A DNA stretch of 58,911 bases, counting the filler. It is 5 parts of 5 records of this genome, joined end to end, with 100 filler letters (N's around TTAATTAATTAA, not from the genome) between each part and the next. Parts side by side here need not be neighbours in the genome. Positions count along the whole stretch, not along the records: positions 1 to 20,180 come from SRR31147125_41290; 4 more parts are not named here. The stretch is one strand, 5' to 3'. Under the pieces are notes generated by a model. That model saw nothing but the letters and a program-made list of their open reading frames with translations. It did not search any database and was not told the origin of the DNA. The translations under genes were made by a program, and so were the position numbers. Shown here piece by piece: positions 1 to 8,753 of the stretch (position 1 is its first letter; every line of letters starts with the position of its first letter).

Positions 1-719
1 CCCCCTGCGATCCCGAGCAATCCGGACCCGACCAGAACTGCCCATTTTGCGGTAGACGGGGATCCGAATATATGTGGCCCGGAGAACGGGAGCAAAGGCA
101 GCAGGAAGAGTGTCACCAGAGTGAATACCACCGTCACCGTGAAGAGGGGCGAGAGTCGCTCCCCGATCCACAGCTTGACGGTTATCCCGACGAAGGACCA
201 TGACAACGCTCCGCCCAGAGCAAGCAGTACCCCCATATTGATGACCACGTTGAACCCGTGGTTCTGAAAAACGATGACCATGTACGCCCCTGCAAGTGCA
301 ACGGCTATTGCGCCGATCGTTCCCCGTTTATGGATAAGTGATCGTTCCGATTTGAAAAAGATAACGCCGAGGAGAACCGAGAAGATGACCTGCGACTGGT
401 AGAGAAGGATACCGAACCCTGGAGGGATGAGAATGAAGCACCACGTGTAGAGCAGCTGAAACGAAATCGTACACAACGCGGTTACACTGAGCCTGCTGAG
501 GAAATAGCCGGGCATTCGTGAGACGATGCGCAGGTCTTCCCGGAGCGAGGCGGTGCCGAGCAGCATCACCCAGAGGAGTGCGGTCGAGCAGCAGTAGCGT
601 AGCCAGACTTGGAACGTCAGTGAAAAATCGTGCTTTATCCACGCGATGGATATGGGGGTGAGCGCCCAGAACAGAAGCATTGCCCCGAGGGAAATAAGGG
701 TCTTCGGGTTCATCGCCAT
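1..719 (-). CDS. EamA/DMT family transporter, 3' end runs off the window
   Basis: Manual translation MAMNPKTLISLGAMLLFWALTPISIAWIKHDF...LLYQSQVIFSVLLGVIFFKSER...GVLLALGGALSWS; multi-TM EamA-like repeats; no stop before position 1, so missing from the ORF track. Confidence 0.8.
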   Translation of the reverse strand, partial: MAMNPKTLISLGAMLLFWALTPISIAWIKHDFSLTFQVWLRYCCSTALLWVMLLGTASLREDLRIVSRMPGYFLSRLSVTALCTISFQLLYTWCFILIPPGFGILLYQSQVIFSVLLGVIFFKSERSLIHKRGTIGAIAVALAGAYMVIVFQNHGFNVVINMGVLLALGGALSWSFVGITVKLWIGERLSPLFTVTVVFTLVTLFLLPLLPFSGPHIFGSPSTAKWAVLVGSGLLGIAG

Positions 720-892
720 CTGATCGTCTCTCTTTCACTGTGCATCTGAATGAACCCCATGGGCAGCGACAAAATTTTAAACATATGACCATAAATGGTA
801 TAATAGTATCAGGAGTAGGGGAGATCGTATGGTCCGGATCCGTTCCGCACGTTCCTGATCATATGCAGATAAACCCATTACGAGAAGGAGTC

Positions 893-1682
893 ATGATGCC
901 ACACGCCAGACTTATCCAGCACTACCCAGATTTCTTCGTGTCGGAGATACGCGATGAGGTTCTGTGGGCACAGCTGTCGGGAAACTTCTTCCACAACCTC
1001 ATCAGTTTCGACAAAAGAGATTTCATAACCGACTATCTCGAGGAGGTCAATGCCACGACGCAGGTCAAAGCGGTCGTTTTCCACTCCAACTACAGTGAAT
1101 CCGGAATCGATGAGTACGTGAAATTTTTCTCTCCAACCTCGACAAGTCGAGTTTTATCAGTTCGTTCGGTGCTGTCGATGTGAACCGGCTGTCAAATATC
1201 ATCAACCAGACCATGCTTGGTATTCTGGAGTTGAACAAGTTCACCATCCAGATCTGCCAGGGGCCGATCCTGAACCTTTTCATGAACCTCGGTTTCACCT
1301 GCGATTACAGGATTATCACCGATGATACGGTTTTTCACAACGGTTACAAGCATATCGGCGGGCTTCCCTGGCCGGTGGCTCGTTTTTCCTGGCCGAGATG
1401 CTGGGCAGGCGCAAGGCCAACGAGCTGCTCCTGCTCAACGACACGATATCGGCGCAGGAAGCGTTGCGCTACGGCATCGTCGACAAGGTGGTTGCAGACG
1501 GTCAGCTCGAACAGGCTGCGTTGGAGACGGCGGAGCGGGTTAAGAGTATCGATCACCGCACGCTTCGCGGGGTCAAACGGCTCACCGGGTTCTCTCTGAA
1601 AGAGCTGCGTAATTATCTTACGCTGGAAACCAACGAGTTGCTCAGGACGTGCGTAGAAATGGGTTCAGGCGACGCCCGGTAA
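893..1682 (+). CDS. Crotonase/enoyl-CoA hydratase-fold protein, split by two frameshifts
   Basis: RBS AAGGAG before ATG 893; pieces in three frames join to ...LGFTCDYRIITDDTVF...MLGRRKANELLLLNDTISAQEALRYGIVDKVV, a crotonase C-terminal pattern. Confidence 0.7.
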
Positions 1683-1734
1683 GACGCAGCGATAGTCAGA
1701 CGTTACCGGGAACGATCGATCCGGCTGAGCATTC

Positions 1735-2529
1735 TTACAGGATGTCGAACAGCATCTTGGTGGCGACGACGATCAGCAGGACGGCGAAAATTTTCTTCAA
1801 CTTGTCCACCGGCAGGCTGTGGGCCAGTTTGACGCCGATCGGGGCGGTCAGCACGCTGATTGCCGCAATGCCGAACAGTGCGGGGATGTAGACGAATCCG
1901 ACCGAGAATTCCGGCAGGTTCGGGGTTCCCCATCCATTAAATATATAGCCGATTGTTCCGGCAATGGCGATCGGCAGGCCGATGGCTGCCGAGGTTCCGA
2001 TAGCGTGGTGAATGGAGAGGTTATACCAGACTAAAAAAGGAACCGACAATGACCCGCCGCCGATTCCTACGAGGCTGGATATGAATCCGATTACAGAACC
2101 AGCCCCAAACATACCTGGGATTCCAGGTAAATCTCGTGACAGATTTGGCTTTCGGTTGGTCAACAGCTGGGCGGAAACAAACCAGAGAAACAGGGCGAAA
2201 AATACGGTAAGTACCTTTGTTGACAGCGTGGAAGCAAAGCAGGATCCGAGAAATGTGCCGATTACTATGCCGATGGTAACTTGTCTGACAACCACCCAGT
2301 TAACTGCCTTGCGTCGATGGTGCGCTTTCAGGCTGGATATGGATGAAAATATTATACACGCCAGCGACGTGCCCAGAGCCAGGTGCATGATAATGTCATG
2401 GGGGATACCCTGCCGCGACATTGTATACACAAGGATCGGGATAATAACGCACCCGCCGCCAACACCAAGCAAGCCGGCTAGAATTCCAACTATGGAACCG
2501 ACACCGCAATAAGTTAGAAATGTCAGCAT
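1735..2529 (-). CDS. TauE/SafE (TSUP) family anion exporter
   Basis: AGLLGVGGG, ALGTSLA, SSLVGIGGG and AIGTSAAIG motifs; start placed at MLTFLTY, after the upstream stop. Confidence 0.9.
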   Translation of the reverse strand: MLTFLTYCGVGSIVGILAGLLGVGGGCVIIPILVYTMSRQGIPHDIIMHLALGTSLACIIFSSISSLKAHHRRKAVNWVVVRQVTIGIVIGTFLGSCFASTLSTKVLTVFFALFLWFVSAQLLTNRKPNLSRDLPGIPGMFGAGSVIGFISSLVGIGGGSLSVPFLVWYNLSIHHAIGTSAAIGLPIAIAGTIGYIFNGWGTPNLPEFSVGFVYIPALFGIAAISVLTAPIGVKLAHSLPVDKLKKIFAVLLIVVATKMLFDIL

Positions 2530-2540
2530 GGAAGTGGAGT

Positions 2541-3221
2541 TTATTCCCCTTTTCCGGTTTTTTGCAATATTCTCATGGCCCTGGTTGTATTGAATACGCC
2601 GCAAACGCAGAATTTTGTCATGTAGCGTGCGGCATCTTCCGGTTCAACTCGACCCTCTTTGACCCGATCGATCATTTTTCGTGCGAAATTGGCTGAAACC
2701 ATGCCGTGGCCGCACATAGTTGAGAGAGAAAGGGTGTTGTTGTCCGGGAGCTTATCTGTATTTCCATGAAACCCCAGGGTATATTCAACCGCGTGGGGGG
2801 TGATGTCAACTTCGCCGCAGATATTTCTGACGTCGTCGACAAGAGCACTCACGTTGACGGAAAGCCCCAGATCCAACACTTTGACATCTTTTAAAAAACT
2901 TTGAACATCGGCCCGATCGTCAAACACAACTGCTGCCGATCCCGCTGCCGGAATTTCTTCGATCAGCTCTTCAAAGGTCGTCTTTTCCTTTCTCCCGGTG
3001 AAATAAAGCTTGATGAAGCTCAGATTTTTTTCCGGACGGTAGAGAGAGTTGACGAGCGCATTTCCCATGTTGATCGGGTTATATTTTATCGCGGCCCTGA
3101 GGAATGCTCTTGCCTTGTCCAGAGAACCCTCATCATTATATCCCTTGCCCGCCATTGCGAAAACGATGAAGTCGTTACGCAGTGAGCTGGTGCTGCCGTA
3201 TCGATGTAGCGTGTTCGTCAT
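2541..3221 (-). CDS. Hypothetical protein with TMCGHG and CxCG motifs
   Basis: 226 aa ORF coupled to the upstream Fe-S gene by a TAATG overlap at 3219-3223. Confidence 0.75.
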   Translation of the reverse strand: MTNTLHRYGSTSSLRNDFIVFAMAGKGYNDEGSLDKARAFLRAAIKYNPINMGNALVNSLYRPEKNLSFIKLYFTGRKEKTTFEELIEEIPAAGSAAVVFDDRADVQSFLKDVKVLDLGLSVNVSALVDDVRNICGEVDITPHAVEYTLGFHGNTDKLPDNNTLSLSTMCGHGMVSANFARKMIDRVKEGRVEPEDAARYMTKFCVCGVFNTTRAMRILQKTGKGE

Positions 3222-4045
3222 TATGAAGCCTCCCCGGCGATGGCTGAAGAGTTGGACACTCGTCCCAAACCAAGGTTGAGTTTTGCCCAGCCGATTTGAA
3301 ATTCTTCGTCATGTATGATTTTTTGTATCGGATCATTTCCGTCTGGTGTGCAAATTGTTGATACACCTATACTGATTACCGTATCTGATTTTTTGCAGAT
3401 CTGTTTGAGCGCTTTGAGCGTTTGCGCCGTATTTTCGATATCGACGGTAACCTCGACGATGCACGATAGTATTTTCTCATCGAGGAGATCTTCCCTGATA
3501 CATCCACTTTGAATATCGGTCATCAACTGGGTTACCGGATTGCCCGTTTCAAAAGTCACGTCTTCTTCGGCCAGTGCTGTGGTGACCTGCTCGACATCTC
3601 TGAAATAGGTGCCGACCCCGGGACGACCGAATTCAACGACTATACCCACTTCTCCATGTTTGATGCGACCGCTGACGTCGTTTGTTTTGACTTCCTCGGT
3701 ACCTCTGCCGTGGACACCCGTCGACTCATGGGTAACCATAGGGTCACTGAAGGCGCGGCGAACGATGCGGGGCCATTCCAGATCTTCGGGAACGAGCGCG
3801 TCTGTCGGGCATATGTCAGGATCCGGCTGAAAGCGCAGCCCTGCCATTTTCAATAGTTTACGGATCAGTCGGGTGGTCCTGGTTGGCAGGTGCTCCGGGC
3901 TCATACTTCTGTGGCAGTTGTGACATTCCACGCAGGCATCCTGGTTTATCTCAGCTAAACCGTCATCACCAATGTAGATTGCACCTACCGAGCAGACAGG
4001 CACGCAATTGGCGCACCCGACACATTTGTCCTTAGAGATTCTCAT
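3221..4045 (-). CDS. 4Fe-4S dicluster protein with uncharacterised C-terminal domain
   Basis: CVGCANCVPVC and CVECHNC...CP motifs; RBS GAGGA before MRISKDKC; GRGTEEVKTNDV block. Confidence 0.8.
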   Translation of the reverse strand: MRISKDKCVGCANCVPVCSVGAIYIGDDGLAEINQDACVECHNCHRSMSPEHLPTRTTRLIRKLLKMAGLRFQPDPDICPTDALVPEDLEWPRIVRRAFSDPMVTHESTGVHGRGTEEVKTNDVSGRIKHGEVGIVVEFGRPGVGTYFRDVEQVTTALAEEDVTFETGNPVTQLMTDIQSGCIREDLLDEKILSCIVEVTVDIENTAQTLKALKQICKKSDTVISIGVSTICTPDGNDPIQKIIHDEEFQIGWAKLNLGLGRVSNSSAIAGEAS

Positions 4046-4100
4046 AGGCTTGTCCTCTTTCATTTCATGAGAAGGTATGGTTACGTCAGAATCGAGGCCA

Positions 4101-4295
4101 TTGTATCCAGTAGAATGATAAAAAGCAACTTTCACATATTTGGGACTTGCATAGAGAGTAACCTTCTTAATTATTTTGAAAACAAAAAACCACGTAATGT
4201 CAGATTTATAGGTGCTATTTGTGGTTTTGCCATGGCCTTGACGGGACGTGTTCTTTCGGGAATTACCAATGTTTGAGACTGTGGATTGGATACAA
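4101..4295. promoter_or_regulatory. Divergent promoter region with inverted TGGATACAA motifs, candidate GntR sites
   Basis: TTGTATCCA at 4101-4109 and TGGATACAA at 4287-4295, one upstream of each divergent gene. Confidence 0.4.
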
Positions 4296-4311
4296 AGGGA
4301 CACGTGTGACT

Positions 4312-5009
4312 ATGCGAGAGAAGTTGAAGCCTACCTTGTCTGTCCGGGAGCGAACCTATCGGTTACTGAGAAAACAGCTGTTAACCGGGGTGTACCGTCC
4401 GAATCGGAGGCTAACCGAAGAGTCAATTGCCACGGATCTGGGCGTTAGCAGGACACCGGTCCGGGAAGCCTTGCACAAGCTTGAACTCGAGGGGTTGGTG
4501 AAACCTGCCGGTGCACGGGGGTATCGGGTACCGGAGGATTCGGTTGAAGATATGAACGAATTGTTTGAGATTCGTGCGGTGATGGAAGGTCACGCCCTGG
4601 CATGTCTATCTGAAATTGCCACTGATGATCATATTCAGTCTTTGCATAAATGTATCGACCGGGCGGAAAAGGCCTGTTTGTCCGGGGATATTGAAGCTGT
4701 TTTCGAGTACAATACCCAATTCCATGACCTCCTCTACAGCCTGCTGGCTGATGAGAAACCGCGCCTTTATAATCTGATAGAGGATATGCGTGATTTTGTT
4801 GTACGGTATCGGAAAACACCCTGGTAAGTGTGAAAGGTGTGCGCAGGAGCATTGTCGGCCATAAGAAGATTGTGATGGCCCTGAGCCTGGGTGACCCGCA
4901 AATCTGTGAACAAATTATGCGTAATCATGTCCGGGAGGCCCGAGAAGATACCCAGTTATCAAGCTGGGCAGGGGCCATTGATAATAGTCCTGATAAACAG
5001 GAAGATTAA
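4312..5009 (+). CDS. GntR/FCD family transcriptional regulator, frameshift near 4815
   Basis: HTH LGVSRTPVREAL and FCD NTQFHDLL; adding one A to the run at ~4813-4816 continues ...GHKKIVMALSLGDPQICEQIMRNHV to TAA 5007-5009. Confidence 0.88.
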
Positions 5010-5184
5010 AAAGGGGGAGTCAGGACCCGGTTCAACGTGCTGATTTTCTATGCTGAAGAAAAGTCAGATATGGCTGGGCCAAAACCAATACCCGGGCTGC
5101 CGCTTGAATGCAGCAGATGTGCAATCCGCATTGTTTTTGATGAAATTTGATCGTGATTTCAATACATAACCTCGGAGCGATCGT

Positions 5185-5796
5185 ATGAACACTGCAATCA
5201 CCGATCTGGAGCGCTATGCAACTGACGCTTCGCAGTACCAGGTAATTCCCGCTGGTGTTGTTGTACCCAGAAGTGCGGAGGATGTGAAAGCGGCAATTGA
5301 TCATGCCTGAGCCGAGGGGATGCCGGTTTTACCCCGTGGAGGTGGGTCGTCACAATGCGGGCAGACAGTTAACCGGGCCTTGGTTATTGATAACTCGAAA
5401 TATCTGAACCGGATTGTCGACGTTGATCTTGAGGAGCGCTGTAGTACGGTAGAGCCCGGTATCGTACTTGATGAACTGAATGCGTTTCTTCGCTCAAAGG
5501 GCCTCTGGTTTCCCGTCGATGTCTCTACTTCGTCCAGGGCCACGCTTGGCGGCATGGCCGGAAATAACTCCGCCGGCAGCCGCTCCATCAGATACGGCAT
5601 GATGCGGGATAACGTGATCTCGCTAGCTGCAACCCTTGCTGACGGCACGGACAAAACGTTCGGGCGTATTGACCCTGTTCCGGAAAGGACGGGATCAGTG
5701 GATGATCTTGCCGGGAAATTGATTTCCCTGGGACGTCGGGAAGAGTCGGAAATCAGACAGAGGTTTCCGAACGTTATGCGAAGAGTGGATGTCTGA
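5185..5796 (+). pseudogene. N-terminal remnant of an FAD-linked (GlcD/D-lactate dehydrogenase-like) oxidoreductase
   Basis: RYATDASQYQVIP, in-frame TGA 5308-5310, then PRGGGSS and ATLGGMAGNNSAGSRSIRYG; ends abruptly at MRRV. Confidence 0.8.
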
Positions 5797-6597
5797 CGGG
5801 AATTAAAGAAATTGAAGTACGAAGGCGAGAGATCTTTCCGGCAGGTGACGAAATAGTTGTAAAGACCCATGCCAGCGGAATCTGCGGGCAGGACAAGAAT
5901 CTTTACAACGGTATTATCCCGCCTTCCGGCGGGCTTAATACGGAGATGAAGAGTGGTTTTGGTTACCCGTATTTTCTGGGCCATGAAGCCGGGGGGACGG
6001 TCGTCGAAGTTGGCAAAAATATCCGTCACTATAAACCGGGGGACAAGGTTATTGCCTTTGCCTGGATAGAGACATATTCCGATTACTTCATAGCCAGAGA
6101 AGAAGAGCTGGAGCTGGCAACCGCCGGCTTGGATATGGACCTCGTTTCACTCGGAGAACCGATAGGTTGTGCTGTTTTTCCCGGCCTTTGTTCCAAGGTG
6201 CAGCTGGGTGACACCGTCGCCATTGTCGGTATGGGCTTTGCCGGCCAGGTAATTGCCCAGGTCTGCAAACAGAAAGGAGCCTATCAGGTCATCGGTGTAG
6301 ATGTCGTTGGCGGCAAGCTCGAACTTGCACGGGAGCTTGGTCTGGATCACGAGGGACGTTACGCTAAACATCTCCCGGTGGCACAACAACTCACTTGAAA
6401 TCGTCAACACCGGGTTGGTTCACCACGGTGTTCTGCAGCGTCATATGTGGGTGCCACAGGCGCTGAGGCCTGTATTGCAGGGTCAGATCAGGATTGAACC
6501 GCTCATCACGCATCGTTTTGCCCTGGAAGATATAGACAAGGCCATGCAGACGGCAAACGAGGACCCAACGGCAATAAAAGTGATTGTGCGGCCATGA
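5793..6597 (+). pseudogene. Zn-dependent (MDR) dehydrogenase remnant
   Basis: SGICGQD, LGHEAGG and GMGFAG motifs; no start codon; frame jump and missing segment near 6350; C-terminus LITHRFALEDIDKA...IKVIVRP. Confidence 0.75.
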
Positions 6598-6643
6598 ATA
6601 AATTATTTCAGGCCCACGCTGAAAGCCCGGATCGGTAAGACAA

Positions 6644-7336
6644 ATGACAGGTTTTTTCTATCGACAACTGGCAAAGGCAGCAATGCTGGAGGAAGTAATT
6701 CCGGGGCAGGTGATACAATTAAAAGTTGATCTGGCGTTGGCCCATGACGGCAGCGGCCCTGAAATCCTGAAATTATTGAGGACAGGCAGTCATAAGGTTA
6801 CCGATTGCATTCGGGTTCTTGTCACTCTTGATCATGGTTTTCCGGCTCCGACGGTAAAGGATCGGATATTTCATCGTGAGATCCATACGTTTGCCGGAGA
6901 AAACAAGATACATCTCTATGAACATGGCGAGGGCGTCCTTCACCAGGTGGTCCCTGAGCAGATAGTCATCTCGCTTGAAGGGACCTTGAAATCCACGGTA
7001 ATGGCGCGAGATGTTGCCATGCACATTGTGAACCATTGTGGACATCTGCTGAAAGGCAAGGCGTTACTGCTCACCGGGAGTATCATTGATTCGCTTACTA
7101 TCAGTGAAAAAATGTCATTGTGCAATTTTCTGCCGGAGGGTGGGGTTGCAACCGCCCTTGTTCTTCCCCAGGGTGAACAGGAATCGATAGATGTAGAGGT
7201 GAGTGGTGAGGAAATAACCCCGATGCTGACTGTTCCGGGAAGCCCCTTTCTGATGGGTCGCCCTGCTGCCTACTCATCGGAAAAAATCACCGTGGCTCTC
7301 TCCGCTGTAAACGGAGTAATTACGGAGCCTAGTTAA
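6644..7336 (+). pseudogene. LeuC/HacA-type aconitase large-subunit remnant
   Basis: AHDG, LDH and GEGVLHQV motifs run straight into VPEQIVI; the DSHT segment and the C-terminal Cys cluster ligands are absent. Confidence 0.7.
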
Positions 7337-7385
7337 ATATAAGGCAGCCATAAGAAACAGAAATATTGAAAAGGAGTACAACGTT

Positions 7386-8558
7386 ATGACATCAGTAAGT
7401 GGACGCCATTTTTTGCAAATACCTGGTCCGAGTAATGTTCCAGACAGAGTCCTGCATGCGATCAGCCATCCGACAATCGATCATCGAGGTCCCGATTTCC
7501 AGAAAATATCAGAAGAAGTATTGGTCGGGTCAAGGCGAATTTTCAAAACTTCCGGTCCGGTTGTAGTTTTTCCGACTTCGGGAACCGGTGCATGGGAAGC
7601 GTCACTGATGAATACGTTGAGTCCCGGTGATAGAGTACTAATGTTTGAAACGGGTCATTTTGCGACCATGTGGCGCAACATGGCTGAAAAATTTGGCTTG
7701 ATTGTTGATTTCGTTCCGACTGATTGGCGGCGTGGTGCAGATCCCCAGATAGTCGAGGAAAAACTGAAGGCGGATACAGAACATGCAATCAAATCGGTGA
7801 ATATCGTTCACAACGAGACCTCAACCGGTGTGACAAGCAGGATTGCTGAAATCAGAGAGGCAATCGATCGGGCCGGCCATCCGGCACTGTTTATGGTGGA
7901 TACTATTTCCTCCCTGGGATCCATCGATTACAGGCATGAAGAATGGAAAGTAGATGTAACGGTTGGATGCTCCCAGAAAGGATTGATACTTCCTCCAGGC
8001 CTGGGATTTAATGCGATAAGTGAGAAGGCGATCGAAGCGTCGCAGGCAAACGGATTCACCACACATTTCTGGGATTGGAATGATATGTTGAAGGCGAATG
8101 AGAACTTCTTCTATCCGTCAACACCGAGTACAAACCTGCTGTATGGCCTGAAGGAATCCATTGCGATGTTGGAGGAGGAAGGTCTGGATAACGTCTTTGC
8201 CCGTCATGACAGATATGCAGAGGCAACGAGAAGGGCGGTCAGGGCGTGGGGACTTGAGATCCTTTGTGAAGAAGCTTCAGAGTACAGCAGTGTGTTGACC
8301 GCCGTGATGATGCCTGACGGCAAGGGAGCCGACGCACTGAGGAAAGTGATCCTGAAGCATTTTAATATGTCTCTGGGGAACGGTCTTGGTAAAGTGGCGG
8401 ATAAAGTATTTCGCATTGGTCATCTAGGAGATTTGAATGAGTTGAGCCTGATCGGTACGCTGGTTGGTGTCGAAATGGGACTTGATCTGGGCGGAATTGA
8501 TTATAAGAAAGGCGGTGTTGCCGAGGCAATGGAATATCTGAAGCAGACTGCCGTATAG
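7386..8558 (+). CDS. Class V PLP aminotransferase, serine/alanine-glyoxylate type
   Basis: GRHFLQIPGPSNVP, HNETSTG, VDTISS, SQKGL (PLP lysine) and FRIGHLG; RBS AAGGAG. Confidence 0.9.
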   Translation: MTSVSGRHFLQIPGPSNVPDRVLHAISHPTIDHRGPDFQKISEEVLVGSRRIFKTSGPVVVFPTSGTGAWEASLMNTLSPGDRVLMFETGHFATMWRNMAEKFGLIVDFVPTDWRRGADPQIVEEKLKADTEHAIKSVNIVHNETSTGVTSRIAEIREAIDRAGHPALFMVDTISSLGSIDYRHEEWKVDVTVGCSQKGLILPPGLGFNAISEKAIEASQANGFTTHFWDWNDMLKANENFFYPSTPSTNLLYGLKESIAMLEEEGLDNVFARHDRYAEATRRAVRAWGLEILCEEASEYSSVLTAVMMPDGKGADALRKVILKHFNMSLGNGLGKVADKVFRIGHLGDLNELSLIGTLVGVEMGLDLGGIDYKKGGVAEAMEYLKQTAV

Positions 8559-8602
8559 TACTGTATTGTCAATTGATAGAGGATGCAGGGTCCTCTGAAT
8601 AC

Positions 8603-8638
8603 ATGCTGTCATGGTCTGCTGGCCATGGCAGCATTTTT
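8603..8638 (+). terminator. Probable intrinsic terminator
   Basis: ATGCTGTCATGGTC / GGCCATGGCAGCAT stem followed by a T run. Confidence 0.6.
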
Positions 8639-8753
8639 ATCATGACTGGAATCACTGCCGGCAGCCCCGGGCAGATGGCTGAATTTGTAGCTATGTCAAA
8701 TGATTTCATATGAAACTGCGGCTCTATGGTGTCGGTGAATCAAAGGATTCGTG

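Noticed and set aside
328-792. 154-aa minus-strand ORF from the track
   Set aside because: It is an alternative frame of the EamA gene
5308-5310. In-frame TGA as selenocysteine
   Set aside because: It is not at an evident Cys position, no SECIS-like hairpin was recognised and the gene is truncated; a CGA-to-TGA nonsense change is simpler
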